From Coleofasciculus sp. B1-GNL1-01 (GTDB lineage: Bacteria > Cyanobacteriota > Cyanobacteriia > Cyanobacteriales > Coleofasciculaceae): a DNA stretch of 48,276 nt. Of this stretch, positions 19,020 to 29,645 are shown piece after piece (the stretch's first letter is position 1; the number at the start of each line of letters is the position of its first letter). Position numbers and translations under genes: made by a program. Under the pieces are notes generated by a model that made no database searches, was not told the DNA's origin, and was given only the letters and a program-made list of their open reading frames with translations. Location: assembly GCA_040220235.1 (NCBI GenBank), contig JAVJTO010000145.1; one strand, written 5' to 3'.

Positions 19020-19880
19020 ATGGTGAGCGCAATTGAACGCATTGAGCAGGACTTAGGTAAGATGGAGGAAGCGATCACACATCTAGCTTCCCAACTTCAC
19101 GACAGTTACGCCACCTATTTGACCGTGTTGGGGCAAACTGTGCAAAAACAGTTAATGCTGGCAGGTTATCAGGTGTGTACTCAAGGCTATCCCGACGCCT
19201 TTTTAAGTTTGTCCTTCAATCAGCGCCAAAATTTACAGCAAGCCTTGCGTCAGATTGGCAAGGAAGGACAAGACGAGTTACTTTTACACCTACAGCTTCC
19301 TCAAGACCTATCCTCAACTCTAGAGGATGAATTAGACGAGGATGAGGAATTAGAACCGCTGCTGGAGTCCACAGAATCCTCGGCGGAAACGACGACGAAC
19401 CCATCTCCAGATTCAGCCCTCACCCCCCAAAAACCGATTCTGCCGGATCAACTGCTACAGTGGCAAGAGATGCTCGAAGACCAAATTGCTCTCACCTTGC
19501 AAACGGTTTCCGTGGAGACGAATCATCTTTTACAACAAGAGGGTATTATTCCTGATAAACTACCCCCAACTGTCCTGGAAGCGGCAACCAAAGCGGATGC
19601 GGCAGGTGAAAGCAGTCCGGGTTCAAATCTACTCAACCTTTTAGTCGAAACCCAAACGCCGGAGGATGACGATGATTCAACCTTAACCCGAATTATTGCA
19701 GTTAATCTGCGCCTATCCGAAATTGAGTTTACGGAACCGCAATTGGTTAAAATTAGGAATCAAATCCGTAACCTAGTTGCCCACACCACGAAATTTCAGC
19801 GACAATATCGTAAAAAACAACGGGAGTGGACTGTGGTTCAAGCCGAAGCCGCATGGCGGGCGAGTTGGTTTGAGGATTAG
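19020..19880 (+). CDS. Conserved cyanobacterial hypothetical protein upstream of recG
   Basis: 286-aa helical ORF; CTQGYP, LRLSEIEF, AEAAWRASW motifs. Confidence 0.85.
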   Translation: MVSAIERIEQDLGKMEEAITHLASQLHDSYATYLTVLGQTVQKQLMLAGYQVCTQGYPDAFLSLSFNQRQNLQQALRQIGKEGQDELLLHLQLPQDLSSTLEDELDEDEELEPLLESTESSAETTTNPSPDSALTPQKPILPDQLLQWQEMLEDQIALTLQTVSVETNHLLQQEGIIPDKLPPTVLEAATKADAAGESSPGSNLLNLLVETQTPEDDDDSTLTRIIAVNLRLSEIEFTEPQLVKIRNQIRNLVAHTTKFQRQYRKKQREWTVVQAEAAWRASWFED

Positions 19881-19890
19881 TTGTTCGTCA

Positions 19891-19916
19891 TACTCGCTTC
19901 GCAAGAAGCAAGCTAC
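19891..19916 (+). repeat. SDR-like mini-element inside a GTCATTT heptamer tract; second copy 33868-33894
   Basis: TACTCGCT(A)TCGCRAGAAGCAAGCTAC flanked in both copies by TTCGTCA and GTCATTTG. Confidence 0.8.
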
Positions 19917-19959
19917 GTCATTTGTGATTAGCCCTGGCTTGTCGTGAGTCGTTCGTTAT

Positions 19960-22464
19960 TTGTCCTTACAGAATTCAGAGATTGTGAGTACAGAAATTCC
20001 AGACTGGACACGATTGCAAAAAGCGCTGGCGGTGGAAGCCGAAAAGGGCTTTACTGATTTGCTGGGGAATCAGTACCGTTTTAGTGAGTTTCTTTGCTTG
20101 AGTTTTGGCAAGACACCGGATGGACTTCTCCCGGTGGAACGGCGCAAATGGCAGTCCATTGCAGCGGAATTTGGACGGTATGATCATAAGACTGTTGAAG
20201 ACCGTCAACATCTGGTAGCAGATACGCGACAGTTTCTCTACAAGCTGCAACAGGAACTTCAACGCCGGGAAAGGGAAACCATTCATCCGCCTCAAACCCC
20301 TACGGTTAAATCCCCTCGAACCACGCCTCTGGTGGCGGAAACCTCGAAGGTAAAGGTGAATTTTACCCTCGACTCACCCTTATCTGAATTACCCGATATT
20401 GGTTATCGCCGCAGTGGGTATTTAGCCCGATTGGGATTACAGACGGTGCGAGATATTCTCTACTATTATCCCAGGGATCATATTGATTATGCCCGTCAGG
20501 TGAATGTTAAGGATTTAGTCGCCGGGGAGACGGTAACGGTAGTGGGTACGGTGAAACGGTGTAACTGTTTTAGCAGCCCGAAAAATAAGAAGTTATCGAT
20601 TTTTGAGTTAATTATTAAAGATAGTACGGGTCAACTGAAACTGAATCGCTTCTTTGCCGGGAATCGTTACAGTCATCGGGGTTGGCAAGAACAACAAAAA
20701 CGTCGCTATCCGGTGGGGGCGATTGTGGCGGCGTCGGGGTTGGTGAAAAAGAATAAGTATGGGATTACGCTGGATACCCCAGAAATTGAGGTGTTAGACC
20801 ATTTGGGGGGCAAGATTGACTCCTTAAAAATTGGTCGAGTCATGCCCGTTTATCCCTTGACAGAAGGGGTTCCCGCCGATTGGGTGAGACAGGCGGTACT
20901 GGCGGCGTTACCTGCGGTGAATCAACTTAAAGAGCCGTTGCCTAAAGGGATGCGTCAGCAGTATGATTTGATGGGCGTGAGTGATGCGATCGCGAATCTC
21001 CATTTTCCCACGGATACAGATACCCTCAGCCGTGCTAGACGCCGTTTGGTGTTTGATGAGTTCTTCTATTTACAGTTAGGATTTCTCCAACGGCGGAAAA
21101 TGCAGCAGCAACAGCAATCCAGTGCTGTTCTCGCACCGACGGGGAAACTGATTGATCAATTTTATCAGCTATTACCCTTTGAACTTACCTCTGCCCAACA
21201 ACGGGTGGTGAATGATATTCTCAACGATTTACAACAACCCACGCCGATGAATCGCTTAGTTCAAGGGGATGTGGGTTCCGGGAAAACGGTGGTGGCGGTA
21301 ATTGCAATTTTGGCGGCGATTCAATCCGGGTATCAAGCCGCATTAATGGCACCAACGGAAGTGTTAGCAGAACAGCATTATCGTAAATTAGTCAGTTGGT
21401 TTAATTTACTCCATCTTCCCGTGGAATTACTAACGGGTTCGGTGAAGGTAAAGAAGCGCCGGGAGATTCATTCTCAGTTAGAAACTGGGGAATTACCGCT
21501 ATTGGTAGGAACTCATGCGTTAATTCAAGACCCAGTAAATTTTCAGCGCTTAGGATTAGTCGTAATAGATGAACAACATCGGTTTGGTGTGGAACAACGG
21601 GCGCAGTTGCAACAAAAGGGACAATCCCCCCATGTATTAACCCTGACGGCGACGCCAATTCCGCGCACCTTGGCGTTAACCTTACATGGGGATTTAGATG
21701 TGAGTCAAATTGATGAGTTACCGCCAGGGCGCCAAAACATTCACACATCGGTATTAACAGGGAAGGAACGCCAAAACGCTTATGACTTGATGCGGCGGGA
21801 AATTGCCCAAGGGCGTCAAGCGTATATTGTCCTACCGTTAATTGAAGAATCAGAGAAATTAGATGTGCGATCGGCAGTAGAGGAGCATCAGCGACTCTCT
21901 GAGAGTATTTTCCCACAATTTCAGGTGGGATTGCTACATGGGCGAATGAGTTCAGCAGAAAAGGATGAGGCGCTGAATGCGTTTCGGGATAATCAGACAC
22001 AAATTATTGTCTCCACCACGGTGATTGAGGTGGGGGTAGATGTCCCCAATGCGACGGTGATGATGATTGAAAATGCGGAACGGTTTGGCTTGTCGCAGTT
22101 GCACCAATTACGAGGGCGGGTAGGAAGGGGTTCCCATCAATCCTATTGTTTATTAATGAGTGGGTCGAAAACGGATACAGCGCGTCAGCGTTTGGGGGTG
22201 TTGGAACAGTCTCAGGATGGCTTTTTTATCTCGGAAATGGATATGCGGTTTCGGGGTCCAGGGGAAGTTTTAGGGCGGCGTCAGTCGGGGTTGGCGGATT
22301 TTGCTTTAGCCAGTTTGGTAGAGGATCAAGAGGTGCTGAATTTGGCAAGAGATGCGGCGGAAAAGATTGTCCTGGAGGATAAGGCGTTGGAGAGTTTGCC
22401 GTTAATTAAGGCGGAGTTGGATTATCGGTATTCTAAGTTAATGGGTGGGGCGATTTTAACGTGA
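19960..22464 (+). CDS. recG: ATP-dependent DNA helicase RecG (start may be GTG 19984)
   Basis: RRLVFDEFF, QGDVGSGKT, DEQHRFG, TATPIPRTL, QLHQLRGRVGRG. Confidence 0.98.
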   Translation: MSLQNSEIVSTEIPDWTRLQKALAVEAEKGFTDLLGNQYRFSEFLCLSFGKTPDGLLPVERRKWQSIAAEFGRYDHKTVEDRQHLVADTRQFLYKLQQELQRRERETIHPPQTPTVKSPRTTPLVAETSKVKVNFTLDSPLSELPDIGYRRSGYLARLGLQTVRDILYYYPRDHIDYARQVNVKDLVAGETVTVVGTVKRCNCFSSPKNKKLSIFELIIKDSTGQLKLNRFFAGNRYSHRGWQEQQKRRYPVGAIVAASGLVKKNKYGITLDTPEIEVLDHLGGKIDSLKIGRVMPVYPLTEGVPADWVRQAVLAALPAVNQLKEPLPKGMRQQYDLMGVSDAIANLHFPTDTDTLSRARRRLVFDEFFYLQLGFLQRRKMQQQQQSSAVLAPTGKLIDQFYQLLPFELTSAQQRVVNDILNDLQQPTPMNRLVQGDVGSGKTVVAVIAILAAIQSGYQAALMAPTEVLAEQHYRKLVSWFNLLHLPVELLTGSVKVKKRREIHSQLETGELPLLVGTHALIQDPVNFQRLGLVVIDEQHRFGVEQRAQLQQKGQSPHVLTLTATPIPRTLALTLHGDLDVSQIDELPPGRQNIHTSVLTGKERQNAYDLMRREIAQGRQAYIVLPLIEESEKLDVRSAVEEHQRLSESIFPQFQVGLLHGRMSSAEKDEALNAFRDNQTQIIVSTTVIEVGVDVPNATVMMIENAERFGLSQLHQLRGRVGRGSHQSYCLLMSGSKTDTARQRLGVLEQSQDGFFISEMDMRFRGPGEVLGRRQSGLADFALASLVEDQEVLNLARDAAEKIVLEDKALESLPLIKAELDYRYSKLMGGAILT

Positions 22465-22470
22465 TTATCT

Positions 22471-25400
22471 TTAGTCAATTGTTCCCTTTTGAGGGATAAT
22501 ACCATCACAAAGATGGCGATCGCTCTCACTTACATTTGGGTTAGTCTTTAAAAAATCATCCAGCCAGTTGCAAGCACGCAGCAGTAAGTCATCAAGATCC
22601 AAATTCCAGAGAATTACTGTTCCATCTTGACTAGCAGAGGCAAGGGTTTTACCATCAGGACTAAAGCTTATATCCGTAATCCAATTACTATGACCCTGAA
22701 AGGTTTGTAGTTCAGTGCCATCAAAACTCCAGAGTTTAATTGTACAATCCTCACTGGCGGTAGCTAAAACTTTACCATCGGGGTGAAAACTCACACTAGT
22801 AATCCTTTTTTTATGACCTCGGAAGAGTTGCAGTTCAGTACCATTGATATTCCAGAGTTTAGCACTACAATCTTCACTAGCGGTAGCTAAAATTTTACCA
22901 TCGGGACTAAAACTTAGATCAGTAACTTTCTTACTGTGACCGAATATTTTTGGAGCATCCCCTTTTGGAAAAAGCATTACCCAAAGTAACGAAATTGCAA
23001 GGGTTTCAGTACCCATTAAAAGAGCTAACGTGCAAAATTGGGATGTTCCCAAGGTTAAGCGCCAAAGTGTCACTCTACCATGCAAGCTAGCGAAAGCAAG
23101 AATCTGGTTATTGGGGCTAAAGCTAATGCTTGTCACACACTCACGAGACTTATAGGAAGCTTGCATTTCAGCCACATCTTTGCTCCAAAGCTCGATAGTG
23201 CCATCCTCACCAGCAAATGCTAGAATTTCACCATTAGGACTAAAGCTGACGCAAGTAATTCCGTAATTGTGTAACAAGGGGAATGGCGGTTCATTGCTGT
23301 CTAAGCACCAGAATTCTACATTGCCGTTTTTATCAGCAGAGGCTAGAGTTTGACCATCCGGACTGAAACAAATGCTCGTGACTCTGCTACTGTGATTTTG
23401 CAGGGTTGCCAGTTCTGTGCCGTCCAAGCGCCAGAGTTTTACTGAACCCTTCTCATCAGCGGAAGCCAACGTTTGACTATCAGGACTGAAACTGACGCTA
23501 GTGACTTTATTAGCGTGACCGGGTAAAACTTTTAGTTGATTACCTCTCAAGCACCAAAGTTTCACTGTTCCTTCGCCACCAGAGGACGCCAACGTTTGAC
23601 CGTCAGGACTGAAACTGACGCTAGTGACTTTATCAGCGTGACCTCGAAAGGTTTGCAATTCATCTCCATTTAAGCTCCAAAGTTTGACTGTGCCATCTTC
23701 ACTGGCAGAGGCTAGAGTTTGACCATTAGGACTAAAACTAACCCTAGTGACCCAATCTCTGTGAGCCTGAAAAGTGATCAGTTTTTGTAGTTCAGTACCA
23801 TTAACACGCCAAAGCTTGACTGTACCATCTAAACTGGCAGAAACGAGAATTTGCCCATTGGGATTGAATCTGACGCTGCTAACTCTCTCACTGGAACCCT
23901 GGGCAATTGGCAGTTTATTGCTATCTAGATACCAAAGTTTCACCGTACCGTCCTCACTGGCACAAGCTAAAGTATGCCCATCAGGACTGAAACTCAAGTC
24001 ATATACCAAATCGTGATACTCATGTAAAACTTGCGGTTGATAGTCATTTACAGACCAAAGTTTTACTGTACCATCACTACTAGAAGAAGCTAAAATTTGC
24101 TCACTGGGACTAAAGGTAATGCTGATAATTCTTTCCCGGTGCCCCTGAAATGTTTGCACTTCAGAGCCATCTAAACGCCAGATTTTTATTATACCATCGC
24201 CACTAGCAGAAGCTAAAGTTTTCCCATTAGGGCTAAAACTGATGCTCGTTACCCCACTATCGTGACCTGGGAAAGTTTGCACTTCAGAACCATCTAAACA
24301 CCAGAGTTTTGTTGTACCATCTTTACTGCCAGAGGCTAAAATTTGCCCATCGGGACTGAAACTAATGTTCGAGACTTCAGCCTCATGTCCTTGTAAGCGA
24401 TTGCGCTCGCGCACACTGTAGACTGCTTGCCTTAGCCTACATATTGTCCTAATTTTGACTTCGGATGGCACTTTGGTCTGTTGTAATTTCTTACCCGCTG
24501 CAACGCCAGCTACTAATGCCATGAGTTGGTCATTTGATAACAGCAGAGCTTGAGATAATGAGCTGAGTGCCATAATTTCAGCAACTTCCGCCCGTTGGCT
24601 TTCCTGTTGTTCTTGAATGAGTGCCTGTTTAAGTTGTCCTTTAGTTAGTTCTAGTTCTTTAGTAATTTCTAGTTCTAATATCAGGGTTGAGCGGTATTTT
24701 TGGCGGATAAAGAACACTAGGTAATCATGAACAAGTTGATAAAGTTTGGTAGAAGTTTCGGGGATTAGAACTATTATCCCTGATTTGACTAAAACATCCA
24801 ATATAAACTCCAGCTTTTTCGGTTCTAGTTCTGAAGTGGCTGCCAATTCTGTGTCAGTTTTGAGAGGACGTGTCCCATTTTCATTAGTCAGTAAGTACAA
24901 GACTAACCAAGCAGTATTTTCATTTTCAGAACCACAGTCTTCAATTACTTCTTCTAGAAATCGTCTGACCAGTCTTTCCTTAGAGCCACGTTCTTTGTAC
25001 TCTGCTAACGTTGTAATATTTTCAGCTTGTAGTTGCCACCCTACTATCTGTAGCTCAATGGGACGCACATCTCCTAGCTCACCTGCCAGATCATGGACTA
25101 ATTGGTCAACTAAAGCAGGTTCTAAATAAAAATTAGCTCGTTCTGTTAGACTTATAAGAAGACTTTTCGCATCTTCAGGACGAAGATTACTTAAGTGGTA
25201 TAGAGTATATTTACTGAGAATATCATTGTTGATTATATCAAAACATATTATACGATTTAACTCCAATAAGTAGTGAAGGTAATCTTCTCGCATAGACAAG
25301 ATTACTTTCACAAAAGGAAGATCTAGACAACTCCTTAAAAACTCAAATAATAGCCGTCTCTCGTTTCGGTTCGTATAAACAAAGAAAAACTCTTCAAACT

Positions 25401-27219
25401 GATCAAAAATTAGGACTGTCTGTAGATTACGATCTTCATTTGCTCGTAACTGTGCAAGGATAACCTCTTCGGAATCTAGTAGGGAAGGTAAGCGTATACT
25501 TTTTTCCTCAAGCGCCTCCACTAATGATTTCCCCAATACTGTGATCCAATCAGTGTAAACTCGTACTGTAACGGGCAAAAAATCGCGAGACTCTATGGTT
25601 CTGTGTTTTAGTGCAGGTACTAATCCTGCATTCAATAGCGAACTTTTACCAACTCCTGACTGCCCATGAAGTACAGTTAATTTACAGTCATACCTTCTTA
25701 TTCTATCAATCAAACGCTCGACATCTAGGGAGCGACCAGACGCCGCTAATTCTGGGGCAATTAACTTGTGGGTTTCAGCTTGTTGATACTTCATCAATTT
25801 CGGAGACAGTAGCTGATCTGCACCAACGAAAGCCACCAAATCATACTGTCTTTCAATCGAACGCCGCTCTCGCTTTATCTCAAAAGCTTTTAGATACTGG
25901 CATTGTTCTGAATAGAGTGATCGCAACTCTTCCAACACATAAATATAGAGCTTTAAATCTTCTCTAGGGTTACCTTGATATTTGGCTATTTTTAAGTTCT
26001 TTTTTGCCTCTTCCTGTTGACCTAAATGTCGTTGTGATTTTGCCAAAAGCAATCGATATAACCATTGATCGCGTGATTGTTCTTCTGAAGCATTTGCCAA
26101 GGTCTGTAGTGCTTGCTGAGAGAGTTGGCGGGCATCCTCCCAGTTGGATAGATTTAGAGCTACTTCAGCTAGAAAGCCATAATCTCGAGCGAGTTCTATC
26201 GGACTACCATAGGTCTGATGAAGCTTCAGGGAGTTTTGGGCAAAAGTCTGTAAATCGCTCCAAGCTTCCAAGCACTGTAATACCTCGCTAAGTTGACCAG
26301 TAAACTTGGCAACTAAATCGGGACGTTGAGCCTGTTCAAAGATAGTAATGCATTGCTGTAGATAATGCCGCGCTTTCTGCCAATGGTGCTGGCGTTCTGC
26401 CCCATCCAGTTCGGCATTACGCAGATAACATAACCCTATATGGAACAACAGCACACCCTGGCGTTCTAAATGTGTACGTTGCTGCCAAAATTCGAGGCTG
26501 TGCTGATAATGAGCCAAAGCTTCGTTTAGCTGATCATTGACATAAGCATTTCGACCCAGGAAAAATTCCCAACCCGCTTGTAATCCTGGCTCTAATTCCT
26601 GTCCTCGATTTTGTAACTCTCTCTGCGCTGACTCTAGTTCTGAGCAGTTGAGAGGCTTGATGATGACGGCATTAGGTAAAAACTGGTCTGCATCAGTATC
26701 CAAAACAGCAGAAAATACACGATTTGTGATTGACTGAAGGAAGTCGATTAACTCATTAGTGGTAAGCTTAAAACTAATGGGACTCGCTGTCCAGCTCTCG
26801 AAATCAGGGGCTAACCGAATCAGCTTCTTGAGAATTTCATCATTGACCCACAAAACTAAGGGGAAAGGAAAACTTTTGCGAAACTCCTCGCGTACCTGGT
26901 TCATCAAAGTCAGCACCTGATTTATGTCGCTCACTGACTCTAAGCCAAAAACCATCACAGCGGCTGGCTGTTCATTGCTCAATTCATCTCGGATAGTAGA
27001 GTAGAGTCTTGTAACAGATCTATCGAGAACAATTTCTCGAACTTTGACTGAACAGATTTCCTTCAGTCGCTGTACTATTTGCTCACGCAATGCAGAATAG
27101 TTGCACTTGGTAAAGATTATGGAAAATTGCCCCTCAGACATGGTAATAGTCCAAGCCAATTCCTGCAATGACTTTTCATTGTCGGAAACATTTTGAGATT
27201 GTTGGGACAGCTCATTCAT
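22471..27219 (-). CDS. Multidomain STAND-type protein: degenerate P-loop domain, TPRs, nSTAND1-like NTPase, WD40 repeats
   Basis: Walker A GQSGVGKSS, Walker B VLIFDQFEE, YQLVHDYL, ~14 GH..SFSPDG..W repeats. Confidence 0.9.
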   Translation of the reverse strand: MNELSQQSQNVSDNEKSLQELAWTITMSEGQFSIIFTKCNYSALREQIVQRLKEICSVKVREIVLDRSVTRLYSTIRDELSNEQPAAVMVFGLESVSDINQVLTLMNQVREEFRKSFPFPLVLWVNDEILKKLIRLAPDFESWTASPISFKLTTNELIDFLQSITNRVFSAVLDTDADQFLPNAVIIKPLNCSELESAQRELQNRGQELEPGLQAGWEFFLGRNAYVNDQLNEALAHYQHSLEFWQQRTHLERQGVLLFHIGLCYLRNAELDGAERQHHWQKARHYLQQCITIFEQAQRPDLVAKFTGQLSEVLQCLEAWSDLQTFAQNSLKLHQTYGSPIELARDYGFLAEVALNLSNWEDARQLSQQALQTLANASEEQSRDQWLYRLLLAKSQRHLGQQEEAKKNLKIAKYQGNPREDLKLYIYVLEELRSLYSEQCQYLKAFEIKRERRSIERQYDLVAFVGADQLLSPKLMKYQQAETHKLIAPELAASGRSLDVERLIDRIRRYDCKLTVLHGQSGVGKSSLLNAGLVPALKHRTIESRDFLPVTVRVYTDWITVLGKSLVEALEEKSIRLPSLLDSEEVILAQLRANEDRNLQTVLIFDQFEEFFFVYTNRNERRLLFEFLRSCLDLPFVKVILSMREDYLHYLLELNRIICFDIINNDILSKYTLYHLSNLRPEDAKSLLISLTERANFYLEPALVDQLVHDLAGELGDVRPIELQIVGWQLQAENITTLAEYKERGSKERLVRRFLEEVIEDCGSENENTAWLVLYLLTNENGTRPLKTDTELAATSELEPKKLEFILDVLVKSGIIVLIPETSTKLYQLVHDYLVFFIRQKYRSTLILELEITKELELTKGQLKQALIQEQQESQRAEVAEIMALSSLSQALLLSNDQLMALVAGVAAGKKLQQTKVPSEVKIRTICRLRQAVYSVRERNRLQGHEAEVSNISFSPDGQILASGSKDGTTKLWCLDGSEVQTFPGHDSGVTSISFSPNGKTLASASGDGIIKIWRLDGSEVQTFQGHRERIISITFSPSEQILASSSSDGTVKLWSVNDYQPQVLHEYHDLVYDLSFSPDGHTLACASEDGTVKLWYLDSNKLPIAQGSSERVSSVRFNPNGQILVSASLDGTVKLWRVNGTELQKLITFQAHRDWVTRVSFSPNGQTLASASEDGTVKLWSLNGDELQTFRGHADKVTSVSFSPDGQTLASSGGEGTVKLWCLRGNQLKVLPGHANKVTSVSFSPDSQTLASADEKGSVKLWRLDGTELATLQNHSSRVTSICFSPDGQTLASADKNGNVEFWCLDSNEPPFPLLHNYGITCVSFSPNGEILAFAGEDGTIELWSKDVAEMQASYKSRECVTSISFSPNNQILAFASLHGRVTLWRLTLGTSQFCTLALLMGTETLAISLLWVMLFPKGDAPKIFGHSKKVTDLSFSPDGKILATASEDCSAKLWNINGTELQLFRGHKKRITSVSFHPDGKVLATASEDCTIKLWSFDGTELQTFQGHSNWITDISFSPDGKTLASASQDGTVILWNLDLDDLLLRACNWLDDFLKTNPNVSESDRHLCDGIIPQKGTID

Positions 27220-28520
27220 GGCTTCAATTGTTCTGTTTGTGCCAAGATGGAGTTGATATCAAACCAAGATCCATCTCGATCCCGGTACTCATATACAAAC
27301 AAACTGTGGATCAGAGTTTGGTATCCTAGATCTCCACTCACACATTTTCGTTTGACTACTTGGCGCAGTAACTCCCACTCATCCTCCTCAATTGTCAGAA
27401 GCATCTGATTTCGACGTGCTTGAATAACCTCTTCTAAACTCTTACGAGAGAGGGGTAATCCTTTTTCTCTGCGGATACAGTCATAAAGCAACCTGAGTAA
27501 ATTCCGGATATGACCACCACTGACACGGCATAGTAGGTTTAAGGTGTCAGAACTATCAAATACCTCTTGGATTAAGCTAATCCGTTGCTCTGGAGCGACA
27601 TCGGGGAAAGCTCTAGCTAGCACCATCTGTCGCAACAGTGCCAGACCTTCCCTACATTCACTCTGGTCTCGCAACCGCACAGGCACCATTGGTAGTACCT
27701 TAGGATATACTCCAAATCGCTGGGCTAGTCTGCCCGCCTCATTCGAGAACACCAAGGATAGTGGCATAGTGTAAACAACATGGCATTTGAGTTGACGTAA
27801 CTGCTCTCCTCGATCCACAAAGAGATATTCTGGCTGGAGGCGTCCCCATGGTTTCTGAGTACTTTCCACTCGATCCAGGTTATCGACAATTACGACTAAT
27901 CCTTTTTTACCCTCTTGCTTTAGTCTTTTCTGTGCAGGTTCCAGCAGTTCCTGATTAATTGCCTCTAGAATCGCACGGGTACGCGGCTCCAAATATCCTC
28001 TTAGCTTATCGCGAAGCTTCGGACTTGCTTGGGTTTGGGAGGTGATTTCAGCAATACCTACCGAAAATTTCACATCGGATACCTGCATCGGTGTCTGTAA
28101 AATTTCTTTAACCTCACCGAATAAATTCTTAAAGTATCCCGCTTTTTGACTAAAACCTTTCTCTTCCAAACTTTCGCTCACTCGACGGGCGATCACCAGC
28201 AAAATATCAACGATATCCACATCACCCATTTCCAGGTCTTGAGAGGACTCGAAATAGACCACATGGAACCCGTCCTGTTCCAATTCGGCTTTGAGCCGTA
28301 ACAACTCTGTTGATTTACCGCAACCAATATGTCCTGTAAACAACTCACAGGTTGGCGTATCCGGCGAGAAGAACGTAATGTTATCCTTCAATTCCTCAAT
28401 AATCTTGCCACCCCGCACTGACGAAAAATCAATATAGTACTTTTGATCTTGCTCATTTTCCACAGCTAAAGTCCGGCTGGGGTTAGTGGCTTGAAAAAAT
28501 TTGCGTAAATCCAGTGTCAT
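27216..28520 (-). CDS. AAA+/STAND-like P-loop ATPase coupled to the downstream gene
   Basis: GHIGCGKST, VVIVDNLDR, SGGHIRNLL; ATGA stop/start overlap. Confidence 0.9.
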   Translation of the reverse strand: MTLDLRKFFQATNPSRTLAVENEQDQKYYIDFSSVRGGKIIEELKDNITFFSPDTPTCELFTGHIGCGKSTELLRLKAELEQDGFHVVYFESSQDLEMGDVDIVDILLVIARRVSESLEEKGFSQKAGYFKNLFGEVKEILQTPMQVSDVKFSVGIAEITSQTQASPKLRDKLRGYLEPRTRAILEAINQELLEPAQKRLKQEGKKGLVVIVDNLDRVESTQKPWGRLQPEYLFVDRGEQLRQLKCHVVYTMPLSLVFSNEAGRLAQRFGVYPKVLPMVPVRLRDQSECREGLALLRQMVLARAFPDVAPEQRISLIQEVFDSSDTLNLLCRVSGGHIRNLLRLLYDCIRREKGLPLSRKSLEEVIQARRNQMLLTIEEDEWELLRQVVKRKCVSGDLGYQTLIHSLFVYEYRDRDGSWFDINSILAQTEQLKP

Positions 28521-28743
28521 GTTAATTCCACTATCGCTTTGGTACTTACGGCTTCTTGAAACTAGGGGACTTCTGAAACTTGTACATAAGGCAAGTTGGT
28601 ATTGACGAGACTTGGGTTAATTGTGACACAGCCAGAAGGTCAGTTGGTAGATGCGCGATCGCACGACAGCAGCCAACCCCCTGACCTATACCCATTCTTG
28701 ATTAAACTGCACGCTTGTACAATTGTCATCCGGTAGCACAGCT

Positions 28744-28878
28744 ATGCTAGCTTTAAGACTTGATCCCACACGGATGCAGTTAATTTATGGGTTTGTGGAT
28801 ACGTATCTGCGCCTGAATCCCCAAGAACAAGAGATTTTTCAAGCTGAGATTGACTTAAGCCAAATTTTGCCCACTTGA
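28744..28878 (+). pseudogene. Internal fragment of an Rpn/YadD-like (DUF4351-associated) gene
   Basis: Manual translation MLALRLDPTRMQLIYGFVDTYLRLNPQEQEIFQAEIDLSQILPT matches the LRLDPARMQLISGFVDTYLRLN motif I recall from cyanobacterial Rpn-family proteins. Confidence 0.7.
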
Positions 28879-29014
28879 ACGCCAGTAAATAAATTGACGA
28901 AACCTAAAGCTCAAGTAAGAATGGAGCTTACTGGGTAAGTCTTTCAACCCGTTTTAACGGGTTTAAGCTGTAAGCCAGAACTTTAGTTCTAGGCTTACTA
29001 CAATTATTAAAGAC

Positions 29015-29593
29015 TCAAGGATTGATCGCTTGCGTGATCCATTCGCGATCGCACTCTTGAGTATAACACCATCGGTTTTGCGGATCACCGCGCAATTCCA
29101 GGTGATCAACCTCTACAGGTTCGAGCAATAGGAGACAGAAATTAGGCAACGGTTGCTCTGGATCAGGTGGCGGTTGGGAAAACGCCGGATCACCCTCTAC
29201 TCTGGGTTCACCCGGATTCGACCAAGCAAATTGCACACGCGCTGCATCAGAAAGCCCTTGCCAGGTTGTTTGACGCTCATTTTTTAAGGTCACTTCGGGA
29301 TAATCTTCTCCCACAAAAAGAAGCTGACCTTTTAACCGAAATTGTTCGCGAGTTTTGGGAAAATACCAGCAGACTTCTGCTCCAGCATTATAATTAATTT
29401 GTTCAATTTTTTGACTGCGAACATCGGTAATAATTTTTAAGGAGTTATCGAAAAAGCCCCGAAACACAACGGTGCGATTCGCCGGATACCCATCTGGAGA
29501 AACAGTTGCCAGTTGAAAGTATCGAGCATAAGGTAAACTGCGGTTGCGGTGAAGGGCGCGAGATAGGGGAACTCGCCAGAGAGCAATTGACAT
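29015..29593 (-). CDS. FMN-binding pyridoxamine 5'-phosphate oxidase-like protein (Npun_F5749 type)
   Basis: QLATV..PANRTVVFRGF, TDVRSQK, EVCWYFPKTREQFRL, VDHLELRGDPQNR. Confidence 0.9.
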   Translation of the reverse strand: MSIALWRVPLSRALHRNRSLPYARYFQLATVSPDGYPANRTVVFRGFFDNSLKIITDVRSQKIEQINYNAGAEVCWYFPKTREQFRLKGQLLFVGEDYPEVTLKNERQTTWQGLSDAARVQFAWSNPGEPRVEGDPAFSQPPPDPEQPLPNFCLLLLEPVEVDHLELRGDPQNRWCYTQECDREWITQAINP

Positions 29594-29645
29594 TGTTTGA
29601 AATGATGAATGATACCAAATCTGCTTGAAAAACCTTTTTTGTCAT

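Noticed and set aside
22525..28650. HIP1 gap as proof of horizontal transfer
   Set aside because: A gap of about 4 kb also occurs around core rpsB-tsf; only supportive without a compositional test.
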